DNA of 64,000 bases from Campylobacterales bacterium (GTDB taxonomy: Bacteria; Campylobacterota; Campylobacteria; Campylobacterales; QNZT01): positions 3,026-67,025 of the forward strand of contig JALWLO010000025.1 of the NCBI GenBank assembly GCA_027084135.1, read 5' to 3'. The notes below the pieces were generated by a model. That model searched no databases, had not been told where the DNA came from, and saw nothing but the letters and a program-made list of their open reading frames with translations. How positions within the stretch are numbered: position 1 is the stretch's first letter; each line of letters opens with the position of its first letter. The translations under genes and the position numbers were made by a program. This document shows, in pieces, positions 19,092-30,113 of this stretch.

Positions 19092-20510
19092 TTATTCTTC
19101 TGAAGGGATAAAGATTTGGTAATTTTTCTCAAGCTCAAAATAGAGACTATTTAACTTATTGCTAAATATCGCAAATATCTTTTTCTGTATAATCTTATGA
19201 TCAAACGGAATGAATTGTAAAAAATCATCCCGATCTTTGAGAACCCTAATGGGGTTTGATTTTGTATTGACAATCTTGATGTTTTGCTCAAAGAGTCTTG
19301 AAAGATTTTGAAAGTGTTCCACTATCTGCTCTCTCTCACTCTCATCACTCTCTTCAAAATTATAGAGGGTGATATTAAGTTTTAATTGTGCGGATATATC
19401 GAAGATGATGGAGCTGATCTTCTCTAAATTGATCGCTTCATCACCCATAACAAGCAACTCTTTGATGTGATAAAACCCTCTGGTACCAAGCTTTAGTATA
19501 GGAATTTTTAGGTTGTATAAAAGCTCTATATAGCGATGAAAAAAGTTGTTGTTTGTGATAAAAAGACCTATACGATATCGATCTACATCTTGCTTTATCA
19601 AGTCATCTTTATCGATATTTTGAAAATCGATCTCCACACACATATTGTGTGAATCATAGCTCTTTATCTTATCAAGTGATTTGGAGTATCTTGGGTTATA
19701 AACTCTAAAGATAAGTTTATTGCTATTGAGATTGGAGTGGAGTAGCATAGAGTCATTTGTCAACTTTTCTATCTCCTCATCTCTCATCAAAGACATATCG
19801 ATAAAGCAGTAGATATTTTCACCAAAAGGTATCGGAAACTGTCCAAACTCACGATTAATACTCTTATAGACACTCTTTAAGACATTTGGATTTCCAACGG
19901 CAAGGATCGAGTCATTTGGTAAGATCATATCGTTTCTCTCAGGGATGATCAGCCTATTATCTCGATAGATAGCAACGACTTTCCACCTCTTTTGCTCGAT
20001 GCTGTACATATATCGGTAGCTAAAAGGACTCCCTGAGGGTATCATAAACTCCGCTATCTCACCTTGACCCAATCCGATATTTGCAGCATATATCGGTATG
20101 TCTGGGATATAGTTCATCAAAAAGTTTGAGACGATATCGTGGACATTTACGATGGTTGTTTTTGAGTCATTGATATCGATAGACCACTTATCATGCAGTA
20201 CGATATGTATCTGCTCATCCACCTTTCTGATATTTTCATAGGTGGCTTTGGTGTCAGTAATATTTGACATGATGATGATGGCTTGTGTAAACTCATGACT
20301 CTTTAAAAGCGATTCCATTTTAACATATGATGTAGGGTCAAACTTATAGGTCAAGATATGTTCACTCAAATCACCCGGTAAACTCTTCTTTTGATAGTAG
20401 ACGACATGAAATCGTCTATTTTTTGATACCAAGTCGGAGATTCTTGAGAGAAAAACTTTCGCACTATCACCACTGGCTACAATTAAGATATTTTTCATTG
20501 ATCTGAACAC
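19092..20510 (-). CDS. TrkA-N/TrkA-C (RCK) domain-containing protein of unknown function
   Basis: 472 aa. Rossmann-like N-terminus (NILIVASGDSAKVF), an RCK_C-like segment (RLIIPERNDMILPNDSILAVGNPNVLKSV), and a second degenerate repeat. Confidence 0.5.
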   Translation of the reverse strand: MFRSMKNILIVASGDSAKVFLSRISDLVSKNRRFHVVYYQKKSLPGDLSEHILTYKFDPTSYVKMESLLKSHEFTQAIIIMSNITDTKATYENIRKVDEQIHIVLHDKWSIDINDSKTTIVNVHDIVSNFLMNYIPDIPIYAANIGLGQGEIAEFMIPSGSPFSYRYMYSIEQKRWKVVAIYRDNRLIIPERNDMILPNDSILAVGNPNVLKSVYKSINREFGQFPIPFGENIYCFIDMSLMRDEEIEKLTNDSMLLHSNLNSNKLIFRVYNPRYSKSLDKIKSYDSHNMCVEIDFQNIDKDDLIKQDVDRYRIGLFITNNNFFHRYIELLYNLKIPILKLGTRGFYHIKELLVMGDEAINLEKISSIIFDISAQLKLNITLYNFEESDESEREQIVEHFQNLSRLFEQNIKIVNTKSNPIRVLKDRDDFLQFIPFDHKIIQKKIFAIFSNKLNSLYFELEKNYQIFIPSEE

Positions 20511-21682
20511 TTATCAAATGTGATGTAATAGAGAGCCTCTTTGATCAATCCCTCATCTTTATCGCCCAAGAGATGAGCAAGATCGTCACTCGCCTTACAT
20601 GTTGGAGTGATGCCATTTGTGTAGTTGCTATCGCCATTTGCGTTGAAGTTTTTGGTATCGATCGCCGCAACAACGATATCACAATATTGCACCAGATGCA
20701 TACCAAACTGTTTACCGTAACTTTTTGAACCTACGGTGATCACATCTATAAAGGGCTTTAAACCGTCTATCAAGGCTTCACTTGCTGATGCGCTATCTTC
20801 TGTGATGATAAAGAAGACTCTATCAAGATTGAGAGCATTTTTTAGATTTTTGGGAAAGTAGAACGATTCATTATACTTGGAGTACTTTCGGTTGTACTTT
20901 TGTTGTATAAACACTTTTCCCCCTACCCTATCTCCGCCTATAAGTGAGCCCAAATAGGAGGCGATTTTAAGCAATCCTCCCGGATTGTATCTAAGATCGA
21001 CAATTAGCTCATCCACGTCGGCACGCTTTAACTTTGCAAACTCACTATCTATCTCCTCCTTGAGATTCGGTCCCACAAATGAGTAGAGTGTAAAGTAACC
21101 AACCTTTTTCCCATTTTGGTTTGTAAAAATATGGTGGTTGATCACATTTTTGATTTTAAATTTTTGGGGAGTGACATGGATATCGACCACATCCTGTGTA
21201 CCTCTCTTCAAAACCCTAAAGTTCCCCTCCATATTTGTCGGATTGAGTATTACATCTCCCCTTCTCACGCCGGCATAATAGAGCGGAGAGTCTTTGTAGA
21301 TAGCATAGATCATCATCGTACCGTTATCCAATGAGTTGCTCTTTTTGATACCGTAACCTGTGATCTCTCCATCTACAAAAATATCTCCGTAGTAGCTTTG
21401 AGGTATGACAAAGGAGAATCTATCCTCAGGCTTTTTCTTTAAAACATCTAAAAGCTGATAGATCGTCTCATAGCTACTTAGATTGATATCCGGTACACTA
21501 TCCGCCCAATAGTAGGCATCATTAAAGAGCTCATAAACAAAACGCTTTTTCCCTTCAGTGCTACATACGGGTTTGATCTTCTGATAATCAAAATAGAGTT
21601 TACTCTCTTTTGTTCCACTTCCGCCGCAAGCGTTTAGTATAAGAAGTATTATAAAGATAAAAATCATATTCATTCGTTTCAA
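20495..21682 (-). CDS. S41-family (C-terminal processing type) peptidase lipoprotein
   Basis: Lipobox ILNAC-GG. S41 motifs DLRYNPGG and EDSASASE. PDZ-like middle region. Confidence 0.72.
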   Translation of the reverse strand: MKRMNMIFIFIILLILNACGGSGTKESKLYFDYQKIKPVCSTEGKKRFVYELFNDAYYWADSVPDINLSSYETIYQLLDVLKKKPEDRFSFVIPQSYYGDIFVDGEITGYGIKKSNSLDNGTMMIYAIYKDSPLYYAGVRRGDVILNPTNMEGNFRVLKRGTQDVVDIHVTPQKFKIKNVINHHIFTNQNGKKVGYFTLYSFVGPNLKEEIDSEFAKLKRADVDELIVDLRYNPGGLLKIASYLGSLIGGDRVGGKVFIQQKYNRKYSKYNESFYFPKNLKNALNLDRVFFIITEDSASASEALIDGLKPFIDVITVGSKSYGKQFGMHLVQYCDIVVAAIDTKNFNANGDSNYTNGITPTCKASDDLAHLLGDKDEGLIKEALYYITFDKCSDQ

Positions 21683-22296
21683 AATAGACTCCCTTGCTCT
21701 ATCTGCATCTTCTTAGCTTTAGACTTTTTCATTCTACCACTTTTTTGCCTAATTCCCTTTATAGTTTCGAGATAGTTTGCCAACTGATCCATAGCGCTCT
21801 TCTCTTGAAACGATAGAATTCCGAAGATTGAAGATGTGATAAATCTCGCTGTATCATCAACCTTAATTTTCACAATTTCTCCATTTTGAACAGCTTGGTC
21901 CAATATCGACTTATAGTTATCGATGATAGAGTGATATATCTGCAGATATTTACGGCTAAAAGTGGGGTTGATATCTCTACTCTCCACAAGGAGTCTATGA
22001 AAGAGAGCCGCGTCGCTTAGATATCGCTTCTCAAAGATCTGCCTGATACTCTCGATCAACACATCAAAAGGCTTTGACTCCCCTATCTCAAAAAAGCGAG
22101 CTACTCTCTTTTCTAAGATCTCATCGATCATCATTAGTACTAACTGCTCTTTAGAGTCGAAGTAGTGATACATCACTCCCTTTGGAAGTTTTGCTTTTTT
22201 AAGGATTGTCGTTGTTGAGGCCTCAAAGTAGCCGTACTTTTTCACCTCTTTGTAGGTAAAATCGAGCAGCTTCTCTCTATTTGTTCTCTTTGCCAC
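21679..22296 (-). CDS. TetR/AcrR-family transcriptional regulator
   Basis: N-terminal HTH (YFEASTTTILKKAKLPKGVMYHYFDSKEQL). 4-nt overlap with the downstream peptidase gene. Confidence 0.8.
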   Translation of the reverse strand: MAKRTNREKLLDFTYKEVKKYGYFEASTTTILKKAKLPKGVMYHYFDSKEQLVLMMIDEILEKRVARFFEIGESKPFDVLIESIRQIFEKRYLSDAALFHRLLVESRDINPTFSRKYLQIYHSIIDNYKSILDQAVQNGEIVKIKVDDTARFITSSIFGILSFQEKSAMDQLANYLETIKGIRQKSGRMKKSKAKKMQIEQGSLF

Positions 22297-23581
22297 TCTC
22301 TAACCTCACCGTTACAGATCTCTTATGTGCCTCTAAGCCTTCACAGTCAGCTATCTTGGCGGTAGCCGATCCAAGCTCCTCTATCGCTTCCCTACTCATA
22401 GAGATGATAGAGCTCTTTTTGAGAAAAACATCTACACCTAGCGGTGAGTAGAATTTCGCGGTTGATCCGGTCGGCAGTGTATGGTTGGGACCGGCAATAT
22501 AGTCTCCGATCGCTTCAGGGGTATAGCTTCCCATAAAGATGGCACCGGCATGTTTGATTTTGGGCAAGAGATCAAAAGGGTTGCTCACCATCAACTCAAG
22601 GTGCTCAGGTGCAATCTCATTCATAAGTTCGGCAGCCTCATCGATGCTGTCGGCAACGATGATCGCTCCCCTACTCTCTATCGACGCCCTTGCGATCTCC
22701 TCTCTCTCAAGCGTTGGAAGTATCTCAAATATCTTCTCTTTTGTGCGAAGCGCCAACGCTTTGGATGTCGTGATCATCAGTGAACTTGCCATCTCATCAT
22801 GCTCCGCCTGAGAGAGTAGATCATATGCGAGATATTCAGGATTTGCACCCTCATCGGCGATGATACCTATCTCACTAGGACCGGCTATCATATCGATATT
22901 GACATCTCCATAGACGAGCTTTTTCGCCGTAGCGACAAAGATATTTCCGGGACCGGTAACCACATCTACCTTTTTGATACTTTCAGTACCGTATGCTAGA
23001 GCCGCGATAGCGGTAGCCCCTCCCACTCTATACGCCTCTTTGATACCGCATAGATGCATCGCGGCAAGGAGTAGTTCATTGATCTGCCCGTTTGGTGTAG
23101 GGGTCGTTACCACTATCTCGTTGACACCAGCTACAATCGCGGGAATCGCATTCATCAAAAGTGAACTTGGGTATGCCGCTTTGCCACCCGGAATATAGAG
23201 ACCCGCTCTATCGACGGCGGTGACTTTAACTCCCATCACCGCTCCACTCTCTTCAAAATCGAGCCAAGATTTTGGCATCTGCTTTTGGTGATAACGCTCT
23301 ATCCGCTTATAAGCCAAATTGAGCGCATCTCTGAGATCATCATCGATCCTCTCATAGGCATCTCTCATTGCGTCAGTCGATATCTTTAGAGAGTCGGCGT
23401 TAGGCTTCCAACCGTCAAACTTCTCCACATCTCTCAATATAGCCGCATCACCCTCTTTGACGACACTGTTGATGATATCTAGTACTAGAGCCGTCACATC
23501 ACCGATATCGAGCTTTCCTCTCTCAAGAATCTTCTCAAACGCCTCTCTAAAACCTATCTCACCGCTCTCTAATATCTTCAT
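22277..23581 (-). CDS. hisD: Histidinol dehydrogenase
   Basis: 434 aa. GGKAAYPSS, QAEHD and GDYIAGPNHTLPT motifs. Confidence 0.95.
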   Translation of the reverse strand: MKILESGEIGFREAFEKILERGKLDIGDVTALVLDIINSVVKEGDAAILRDVEKFDGWKPNADSLKISTDAMRDAYERIDDDLRDALNLAYKRIERYHQKQMPKSWLDFEESGAVMGVKVTAVDRAGLYIPGGKAAYPSSLLMNAIPAIVAGVNEIVVTTPTPNGQINELLLAAMHLCGIKEAYRVGGATAIAALAYGTESIKKVDVVTGPGNIFVATAKKLVYGDVNIDMIAGPSEIGIIADEGANPEYLAYDLLSQAEHDEMASSLMITTSKALALRTKEKIFEILPTLEREEIARASIESRGAIIVADSIDEAAELMNEIAPEHLELMVSNPFDLLPKIKHAGAIFMGSYTPEAIGDYIAGPNHTLPTGSTAKFYSPLGVDVFLKKSSIISMSREAIEELGSATAKIADCEGLEAHKRSVTVRLESGKENK

Positions 23582-24446
23582 GCCAACCTCTTCTTTGATA
23601 CCTTTTGATCATCGTTTCGTTTCCAAGTAGACCGCCTTGGTGAATATATAAGATAGGCTTCGTAAAGCGCTCTAGATTTTCAAAGATGGCTATCCATCCG
23701 ACGGGATCATAGAGTAAATCAAACTCTATCTTAGTACTAGCCTTTAACTCAAGCCACATCTCATATAACTCTTTGTAAAGTTTACCAAAATGATACTTTC
23801 TCTTTGTATCAATGATCACGGGATAAGATGATTTATCACTCTCTAACTTGGCAAACTGCTTAAAAAGGTAACTCCTATCACCCACACAAGGCGTCGTATA
23901 GACTCTAAAGTCCAAATATTTTTGCAGATAGAGTGCGGTGGTTCCAGTACCGGATGGGAGAAAAACTTCTAGCTCCTCACCTCTATATTGATCTTCGATC
24001 TCCCTTGCCAAAAGTTTAATTCCCTCCTTCGCCTCTTTCACAGCCGCACCCTCATCGATAAATAGCGTATCTTGCGGCAAATCTCTCAAACGCTCCTTTT
24101 CAAAGTGCTCATCTACGATGAGTTTCATACCGTTTTGGAGTGCCGCTTTATAGTTTCCTTGGGGATTGTTTTTTAAGTATGAAGAGAGATGTTTCGTATA
24201 GTAGATAAACTCCCAATTTCTCATCTTCGCTAAAACCGAAAGCGAATACATTGCGTTTGATTGAGATGAACCGTGGGAGATGACCCTTTTGACCGAGGGA
24301 AAATCTCCTTTTAAAAAGTGGTAGAGTTTTCTCGCTTTGTTACCGCTAAAGTCTCTATTGAGCAGGTCATCCCGCTTTATCAAAAAGGGGACGCCTCTAA
24401 AAGTTACCTGATCGACTCTTGAGTGAAATATCTCAAGATCAATCAA
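23559..24446 (-). CDS. PLP-dependent enzyme of the ACC deaminase / D-cysteine desulfhydrase family
   Basis: 295 aa. FLIKRDDLLNRDFSGNKARKL (PLP-lysine context) and a fold-type II pattern. Confidence 0.72.
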   Translation of the reverse strand: MIDLEIFHSRVDQVTFRGVPFLIKRDDLLNRDFSGNKARKLYHFLKGDFPSVKRVISHGSSQSNAMYSLSVLAKMRNWEFIYYTKHLSSYLKNNPQGNYKAALQNGMKLIVDEHFEKERLRDLPQDTLFIDEGAAVKEAKEGIKLLAREIEDQYRGEELEVFLPSGTGTTALYLQKYLDFRVYTTPCVGDRSYLFKQFAKLESDKSSYPVIIDTKRKYHFGKLYKELYEMWLELKASTKIEFDLLYDPVGWIAIFENLERFTKPILYIHQGGLLGNETMIKRYQRRGWHEDIRER

Positions 24447-24447
24447 C

Positions 24448-25533
24448 TTAGTTTCTATCTAGGCAGTTTAGATCACTAAAGGCGATCTTTAGTCTCTCAA
24501 CCATCGACTTTTCACCCTCTCTTAGCCACTTTCTGGGGTCATAGTAGCTTTTGTTCGGCTTATCTTCACCTTCAGGGTTACCTATCTGCCCTTGTAGATA
24601 GTCGTGGTACTTTTTCTCATACTCTCTCACGCCGTTCCAAAATGCCCACTGCGTATCGGTATCGATATTCATCTTAACCACACCGTAGCTAACCGCCTCT
24701 CTGATCTCATCCAGACTACTTCCGCTTCCGCCGTGAAATACAAAGCTGACAGGCTTATCACCGGTAGAGTGTTTCTCTTGAATATATTTTTGAGAGTTGT
24801 CAAGTATCTTCGGTTGAAGGGTTACATTTCCGGGCTTATAGACTCCATGCACATTTCCAAACGATGCGGCGATCGTAAACTTATCGCTAATCGCACTGAG
24901 CCTCTCATACGCTTCACAAACCTCTTCAGGCTGCGTATAGAGTAGTGAGTTATCCACTCCCGTATTATCGACTCCATCCTCTTCACCGCCGGTGATACCG
25001 AGCTCTATCTCAAGCGTCATCCCAATCTTACTCATCTTTTTGAGATAGGTTTCACAGATCGATAGATTCTCTTCTAAACTCTCTTCGGATAGGTCCAGCA
25101 TGTGTGAGCTAAATAGCGGTTTGCCCGTCTGCTCAAACGCTCTTTCACTCGCCTCAAGCAGACCGTCAATCCAAGGAAGAAGCTTCTTAGCCGCATGATC
25201 CGTATGGAGTACTACGGGCACCCCGTAGAGCTTTGCCATCTCATGAACATGTCTAGCACCGCTGATTGCACCGGCAATCGCCGCCTTTTGCCCATCGTTA
25301 TCCAACCCTTTTCCAGCGTAAAATGCCGCTCCTCCGTTGGAGAATTGGATAATTACCGGAGAGTTTACGACTTTAGCCGCTTCCAATACGCTATTGATAG
25401 AGTTCGTACCCACTACATTTACTGCCGGGATCGCAAAGCCCTCCTCTTTTGCAAGGTTGAATAGCTTTGTAACATCATCACCGCTCAAAACACCCGGTAC
25501 AACGATATCAAGTACCTTTTTAGACATATACAA
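24448..25533 (-). CDS. fba: Class II fructose-1,6-bisphosphate aldolase
   Basis: About 358 aa. IIQFSNGGA, LHTDH, FGNVHGVYKPGNV and FVFHGGSGS motifs. The start may be the third codon (MSKKV). Confidence 0.93.
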   Translation of the reverse strand: MYMSKKVLDIVVPGVLSGDDVTKLFNLAKEEGFAIPAVNVVGTNSINSVLEAAKVVNSPVIIQFSNGGAAFYAGKGLDNDGQKAAIAGAISGARHVHEMAKLYGVPVVLHTDHAAKKLLPWIDGLLEASERAFEQTGKPLFSSHMLDLSEESLEENLSICETYLKKMSKIGMTLEIELGITGGEEDGVDNTGVDNSLLYTQPEEVCEAYERLSAISDKFTIAASFGNVHGVYKPGNVTLQPKILDNSQKYIQEKHSTGDKPVSFVFHGGSGSSLDEIREAVSYGVVKMNIDTDTQWAFWNGVREYEKKYHDYLQGQIGNPEGEDKPNKSYYDPRKWLREGEKSMVERLKIAFSDLNCLDRN

Positions 25534-25545
25534 ATCCTTTATAAA

Positions 25546-26367
25546 CTATTTATATTTTATATCGGCTTTTGCTTTTAGTGCTTTAGCAAGCTCTTTCATA
25601 TGTTTTTGAAATTTTTGTATTTTTAGATTTTGCTCTATCGATTTTTTTGCCTGCTCAAACGGTGTACTCGAAGCCGCTTTTTTATCCTCTACATAGATCA
25701 CATGATATCCAAATTGAGTCTTTACAGGCGTTTTAGTAAATTCACCCTTTTTGAGTTTAAAAGCCGCATCTGAAAAAGGTTTTACCATTTTTGATCTATC
25801 AAACCATCCAAGTTCACCGCCGTTTGGTCCGCTAGGTCCCACAGACTTTTTCGCCGCCAATTTTTCAAACTTGCTCTTGAGATCTTTAGCACTTACCTTT
25901 TTGAGTTCATTGATGATCTCTTTTGCCTCTTTTTCACTCTTGACCAAGATATGTTTTGCTTTGACCATCTCCGGGCGAGAGAACATCTTCTTATTTTTCT
26001 CATAAAACTCTTTCATCTCTTTCTCAGTCACCTTTTGTGCTTCAAACTGCTTCTTCATCCAGATCTCAAGAGCTAAATCCTTCTTCATCTTTTCAAGTGT
26101 AGATTTGTAGAGCGGATCATTTTGTATCCCCTCTTTGATCGCATTTTGGCTCAAAAGTCTCTTCTCAACAGCCTGCTCGATAATTCTTTTTTGCTGCTCT
26201 TTCGGCAAGGTATCATATTTTAAACCTGGTGCTACTGCCAAAATGGCATTTACATCGCTATCAGTAATAGCTTCACCATTTACGGTTGCATAATCTTTTG
26301 CAATCGATTGTGTCGCGGCAAGCGACAAAGCTACAGATACACTTAATACTATATTTTGCAATTTCAT
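25546..26367 (-). CDS. Periplasmic parvulin-type peptidyl-prolyl isomerase/chaperone (PEB4 / HP0175-like)
   Basis: 273 aa. Signal peptide, SurA-N-like region, parvulin core (AKHILV...GGELGWF...[11 protein letters not shown]). The position upstream of fba matches what I recall for C. jejuni peb4-fba. Confidence 0.85.
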   Translation of the reverse strand: MKLQNIVLSVSVALSLAATQSIAKDYATVNGEAITDSDVNAILAVAPGLKYDTLPKEQQKRIIEQAVEKRLLSQNAIKEGIQNDPLYKSTLEKMKKDLALEIWMKKQFEAQKVTEKEMKEFYEKNKKMFSRPEMVKAKHILVKSEKEAKEIINELKKVSAKDLKSKFEKLAAKKSVGPSGPNGGELGWFDRSKMVKPFSDAAFKLKKGEFTKTPVKTQFGYHVIYVEDKKAASSTPFEQAKKSIEQNLKIQKFQKHMKELAKALKAKADIKYK

Positions 26368-26424
26368 TCCATTCCTTTTGTTAAAATTTTCTTTTTACTA
26401 TAACATTAGATGATTAATATTTAG

Positions 26425-28410
26425 TTATGAAGGGAGGGATATTTTAAATTTTGCGCCATATTTACCGTTTGTTACCTCTATTTTCCCTCCGCAACTCTCC
26501 TCAATGATAAATTTCGACATATACAATCCCACTCCCATGGAGTTCTCATCCGCTTTGGTAGAGAAATAAGGATCAAAGATCTTCGGTAAAATATTTTCAT
26601 CTATACCGCCCGCACTATCCTCAAGATCTATGATATTATGCTTGCCCTCCTGATACTCAACGATAGAGATCTCCCTCTCTTTTATCTTCCTCTGTTTGAA
26701 AACATTGACACTATTTCGAATGAGATTTAAAAGTACTTGAACAACCTCATTGGGATAGGTTGATATTTTGTTGGTAGAATTATACTTTTTGATAACATCT
26801 ACCTCCTCTTTGGTAAGAAGCGGTGAGGAGATAAAAAGCGCCTTTTTGATCATATCTTTGACCAAAACCCTCTCTCTCTTTTTGGTAGGTTTAAAGAAGT
26901 TTGTAAAGTCATCAATCGTTTCCGAAAGGTGGTTGACATACTCTTGGATATTTTTCAACGAAGTGTTCATCTGCTCCTCATCGATCGTTCCAAGCTCCAA
27001 TTTCAACTCCATTCCGGTTGCCGTAGCGGAGATAGCTGAGAGTGGTTGGCGCCACTGGTGGGCGATCAAACCTAGCATCTCCCCAAGTTGCGCTAGTCTG
27101 GAGTTATGTATCATGATCGACTCTTTTTTTCTGATCTCTCTGATACTCTCATTAATTTTGAACTCTAGCTTTTTATTGAAACTCTCCAACTCTTTTGAGG
27201 AGACTTGAGCGATATTGCAGAGTGTCTGGATAGTTTCGAAGTAGAGATTCTCCTCTTGTTTATAAGAGGGTTTACTCTCTATTTTTGGCAATGCTTTATC
27301 TTCGCTAAGCGTTAAGATTACGATTGATTGATTTAAAAATGTCGCGTAGCTTTGCGAAGCAAAAAATTGCCCAAAGCCGTAAACACCAAACGCAGGAGCG
27401 ATCCGGGATAGTGTTAAAATCTCCTCTTGAGAGATCTCACCCAAAAACCTTCTTCTTGCACTCGATGCAAATGCAAGCATCATCTCTACGGGTGATTTTG
27501 ATAATGTCTCAAAAGCCTCTCTTAGTTCCTCTTTGATCCTCTTTAAGTTCGCAAACGATATCTCTACCCTATCTCCGTTTTTGAGATTTGATGAAAGTAG
27601 AAGTGAACCGTCACTTGCGATATCCCATATCGTCGTTGTTACCATCTTACCGCTAGTACTAAACTTGATAAAAGGAAACTCAAGTGATTTTGAGACAATC
27701 TCCTCTCTATTTGGCTCAATTCCCAGGTACTCAGCATATATCTCCTTTGCATCCCTGCCGTCAAGACTCTTTAATCTGTTTCCTTTCGCTTCGGTTACCA
27801 CAAACTTTTTAGAGATAGCTTCCCATCCGTGAAGCATATATGATTTGGCAATCAACACTTTTGACTCTATCGACAGCGCTACCAGAGCGTTATCAAAAAG
27901 ATTTTCATTATATATCACAAATCCGTTTTGCACTTTTTTTGAGTCCCCACCCACAATACCAGCTATCGGAAGCGAGTTATCCGCATTTTTGATCGATTTT
28001 ACCAAACTATTTCCGTCAATCGAACCGATAGTACTAAAAAGTAAAATCGCTTTGGTATCACTATTTACTAATGTTTGATGGATATTTTTACCTATCTCAT
28101 GAAAGTTGCTCTCTTTTTCATAGGGTATAAACTTTGAAGAGAAGGTACTTTTTTCAAATTGGATGATAGATAGGATGATATTTCCTGTGATAATTTTCGA
28201 GTTTATGATCTCTCCGTCGCTCGAGGTACCGACGATCGTAGCATTTTTGAAGATTGATCTAAGCTTTGGTAAAAGCTCTTTGACACTTTTTTGCTTTGAG
28301 TATGGGGCATAGATGACAAGAAGAGTATTTCTGTTTGGATCGATACCGTTTTTAGAGATAAACTCTTTAAACTTCTCAATACTTCTATATCGTAACTGAT
28401 AACTCTTCAT
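26425..28410 (-). CDS. Cytoplasmic sensor histidine kinase with N-terminal FIST_N/FIST_C sensor domains
   Basis: 661 aa with no TM helix. About 380 aa is FIST-like, then a coiled coil, H-box LIAHQWRQPLSAIS, and an HATPase_c with DSAGGI and a G2-like MGVGLYMS. Confidence 0.8.
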   Translation of the reverse strand: MKSYQLRYRSIEKFKEFISKNGIDPNRNTLLVIYAPYSKQKSVKELLPKLRSIFKNATIVGTSSDGEIINSKIITGNIILSIIQFEKSTFSSKFIPYEKESNFHEIGKNIHQTLVNSDTKAILLFSTIGSIDGNSLVKSIKNADNSLPIAGIVGGDSKKVQNGFVIYNENLFDNALVALSIESKVLIAKSYMLHGWEAISKKFVVTEAKGNRLKSLDGRDAKEIYAEYLGIEPNREEIVSKSLEFPFIKFSTSGKMVTTTIWDIASDGSLLLSSNLKNGDRVEISFANLKRIKEELREAFETLSKSPVEMMLAFASSARRRFLGEISQEEILTLSRIAPAFGVYGFGQFFASQSYATFLNQSIVILTLSEDKALPKIESKPSYKQEENLYFETIQTLCNIAQVSSKELESFNKKLEFKINESIREIRKKESIMIHNSRLAQLGEMLGLIAHQWRQPLSAISATATGMELKLELGTIDEEQMNTSLKNIQEYVNHLSETIDDFTNFFKPTKKRERVLVKDMIKKALFISSPLLTKEEVDVIKKYNSTNKISTYPNEVVQVLLNLIRNSVNVFKQRKIKEREISIVEYQEGKHNIIDLEDSAGGIDENILPKIFDPYFSTKADENSMGVGLYMSKFIIEESCGGKIEVTNGKYGAKFKISLPS

Positions 28411-28537
28411 CTTTTCTATATTATCCCAAAGTTAAAAATCTTGTACCAATTTAGGATTATATAGAAATTATTATAATAAAAAAATAAAAAATAGTTTCCC
28501 AAAATTGTGAAACTCTCTTTTCATCCAAGTTTTGGAT

Positions 28538-30022
28538 TTAAGCGTTAATGGTGATGAGATATACCAAGCGATTACTCTGCTTATCATAGACCGGTTTTAA
28601 CGACGCACCTATCTCTTTTGCCCTCTCATAGAGTTTGAAGCTAAGATCATCCTCAAAATCATCTCCAACCAACTCACTCGCGATCTCAATATAGATTTTA
28701 CGATCTTTTTGATAGATATAAAACTCAAGCTCATTCCTCTTTATATCAAAACTGTTAGAGTTCAGCAGATCTGAAACAACTGCTTCAATTGTCTGCTTAT
28801 CGATACTCGTCACTATCTCTTGACCGCCGATCTCTTCACCCAATCTTCTTCCGTTGATCTTGATCTGTGCATAATGATAATTTTTTTGCAGATAGGCGCT
28901 CAGTAATTGGATAAGATCATTTTTGTCACTCTTGAACTCCATACTCTTGACAATCTCTGCATCTTCGCACAAGATAGAGAGCTTTGTACTAAGCTTATAG
29001 AGTAGATCTTTTACACTGCTACAGTTTGCGAAGTTTTGATCCGTCAAGATATCTCTAAGCTTTAAAAACTCCTCTTTAAAGGAGCTAAGGTTATCCTCTT
29101 TGAGTGTCAAAGTCGACTCTTTTTTCGCTTTATTTGGGATCAAGTCGAGTATATTGATAAACTTTATCGCTATATATCTTTTTCCCATGATAACGATAGG
29201 CTTACTTAAGAGATGAAAGCTGTAACTCTTAAATCCTATCTCAACCTTTAGAGAGTAATTAAACTCAATGTTGGAGGATAGAAGCTCTGCCCACTTGGAT
29301 CTCTCATAATGATTGAGATAGTTGATTGTCTCCACTTTGGGTATAAATCGCTTGATAGCTCTTTGACTCTTTAGCAATTTATTTACAAGTGAGACTCTTC
29401 CAAATAGCTTTTCAAATGCAAGATTTGCCTCCGTCAACTCACCACTGTAGGGATCAAATATCGCAGTTATGGTCTCATCATGTAAAAAGAGTTTTTGATA
29501 GATAGATACACTTTCGATCGCTTCATCGATCAATTTTTTACTTCTATTAAAAAAGTGTGACGCGTGAAAAAGGGTATTACTACTCTTCATTAGAGCATCG
29601 ATTCTATGTAAAAATATCTCTTTCACAAGCGGTTTTCTTACATACTCTATCCCGTCACCGATAAATATGTTTGCATCAAATTTAAGATCACTATCGAGTA
29701 GTACTAGCTTTGGTATCTCTTTGGATATTTGACTCTGCTGCAACTTCTTTAAAATCTCGAGCGATTTTTGGCTATTTTGCGCCAAATCTAAAATGATCAA
29801 ATCAACCTTCAGATAGCTCAAGAGCTTAAAGAGCGTCAATAGCTCATCAACATCATAGAGCGCCCATCCACTCTCTTTTTTCAAATAGCTATTAATGAGA
29901 TAGTTGTCTAACTCATTTGTACTAAATAGTACCGCTCTCTTATCTGTGATCGTTTTGCTACTACTTAGGTGATTATCACCCTCTTTGAATATATCCTTCT
30001 CCAGCAAATAATCTCTCCCCAT
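28538..30022 (-). CDS. Receiver-like (degenerate REC) + PAS-like + degenerate ATPase-like protein, no DNA-binding output
   Basis: 494 aa. REC-like segment keeps VDLIILDL and YVRKPL but replaces the N-terminal acidic pair (LFSTNELD). The middle is PAS-like (ITAIFDPYSGELTEANLAFEKLFG). The C-terminus lacks G1/G2 boxes. Confidence 0.45.
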   Translation of the reverse strand: MGRDYLLEKDIFKEGDNHLSSSKTITDKRAVLFSTNELDNYLINSYLKKESGWALYDVDELLTLFKLLSYLKVDLIILDLAQNSQKSLEILKKLQQSQISKEIPKLVLLDSDLKFDANIFIGDGIEYVRKPLVKEIFLHRIDALMKSSNTLFHASHFFNRSKKLIDEAIESVSIYQKLFLHDETITAIFDPYSGELTEANLAFEKLFGRVSLVNKLLKSQRAIKRFIPKVETINYLNHYERSKWAELLSSNIEFNYSLKVEIGFKSYSFHLLSKPIVIMGKRYIAIKFINILDLIPNKAKKESTLTLKEDNLSSFKEEFLKLRDILTDQNFANCSSVKDLLYKLSTKLSILCEDAEIVKSMEFKSDKNDLIQLLSAYLQKNYHYAQIKINGRRLGEEIGGQEIVTSIDKQTIEAVVSDLLNSNSFDIKRNELEFYIYQKDRKIYIEIASELVGDDFEDDLSFKLYERAKEIGASLKPVYDKQSNRLVYLITINA

Positions 30023-30113
30023 ATATTGATTTGTTGAAGTATCGGCAAAGAGAGTACTTTATTGAATAGTAGGGAGAGTTTTGGAGTCTAAAGCAAACCG
30101 TTTTTACTTTTTG

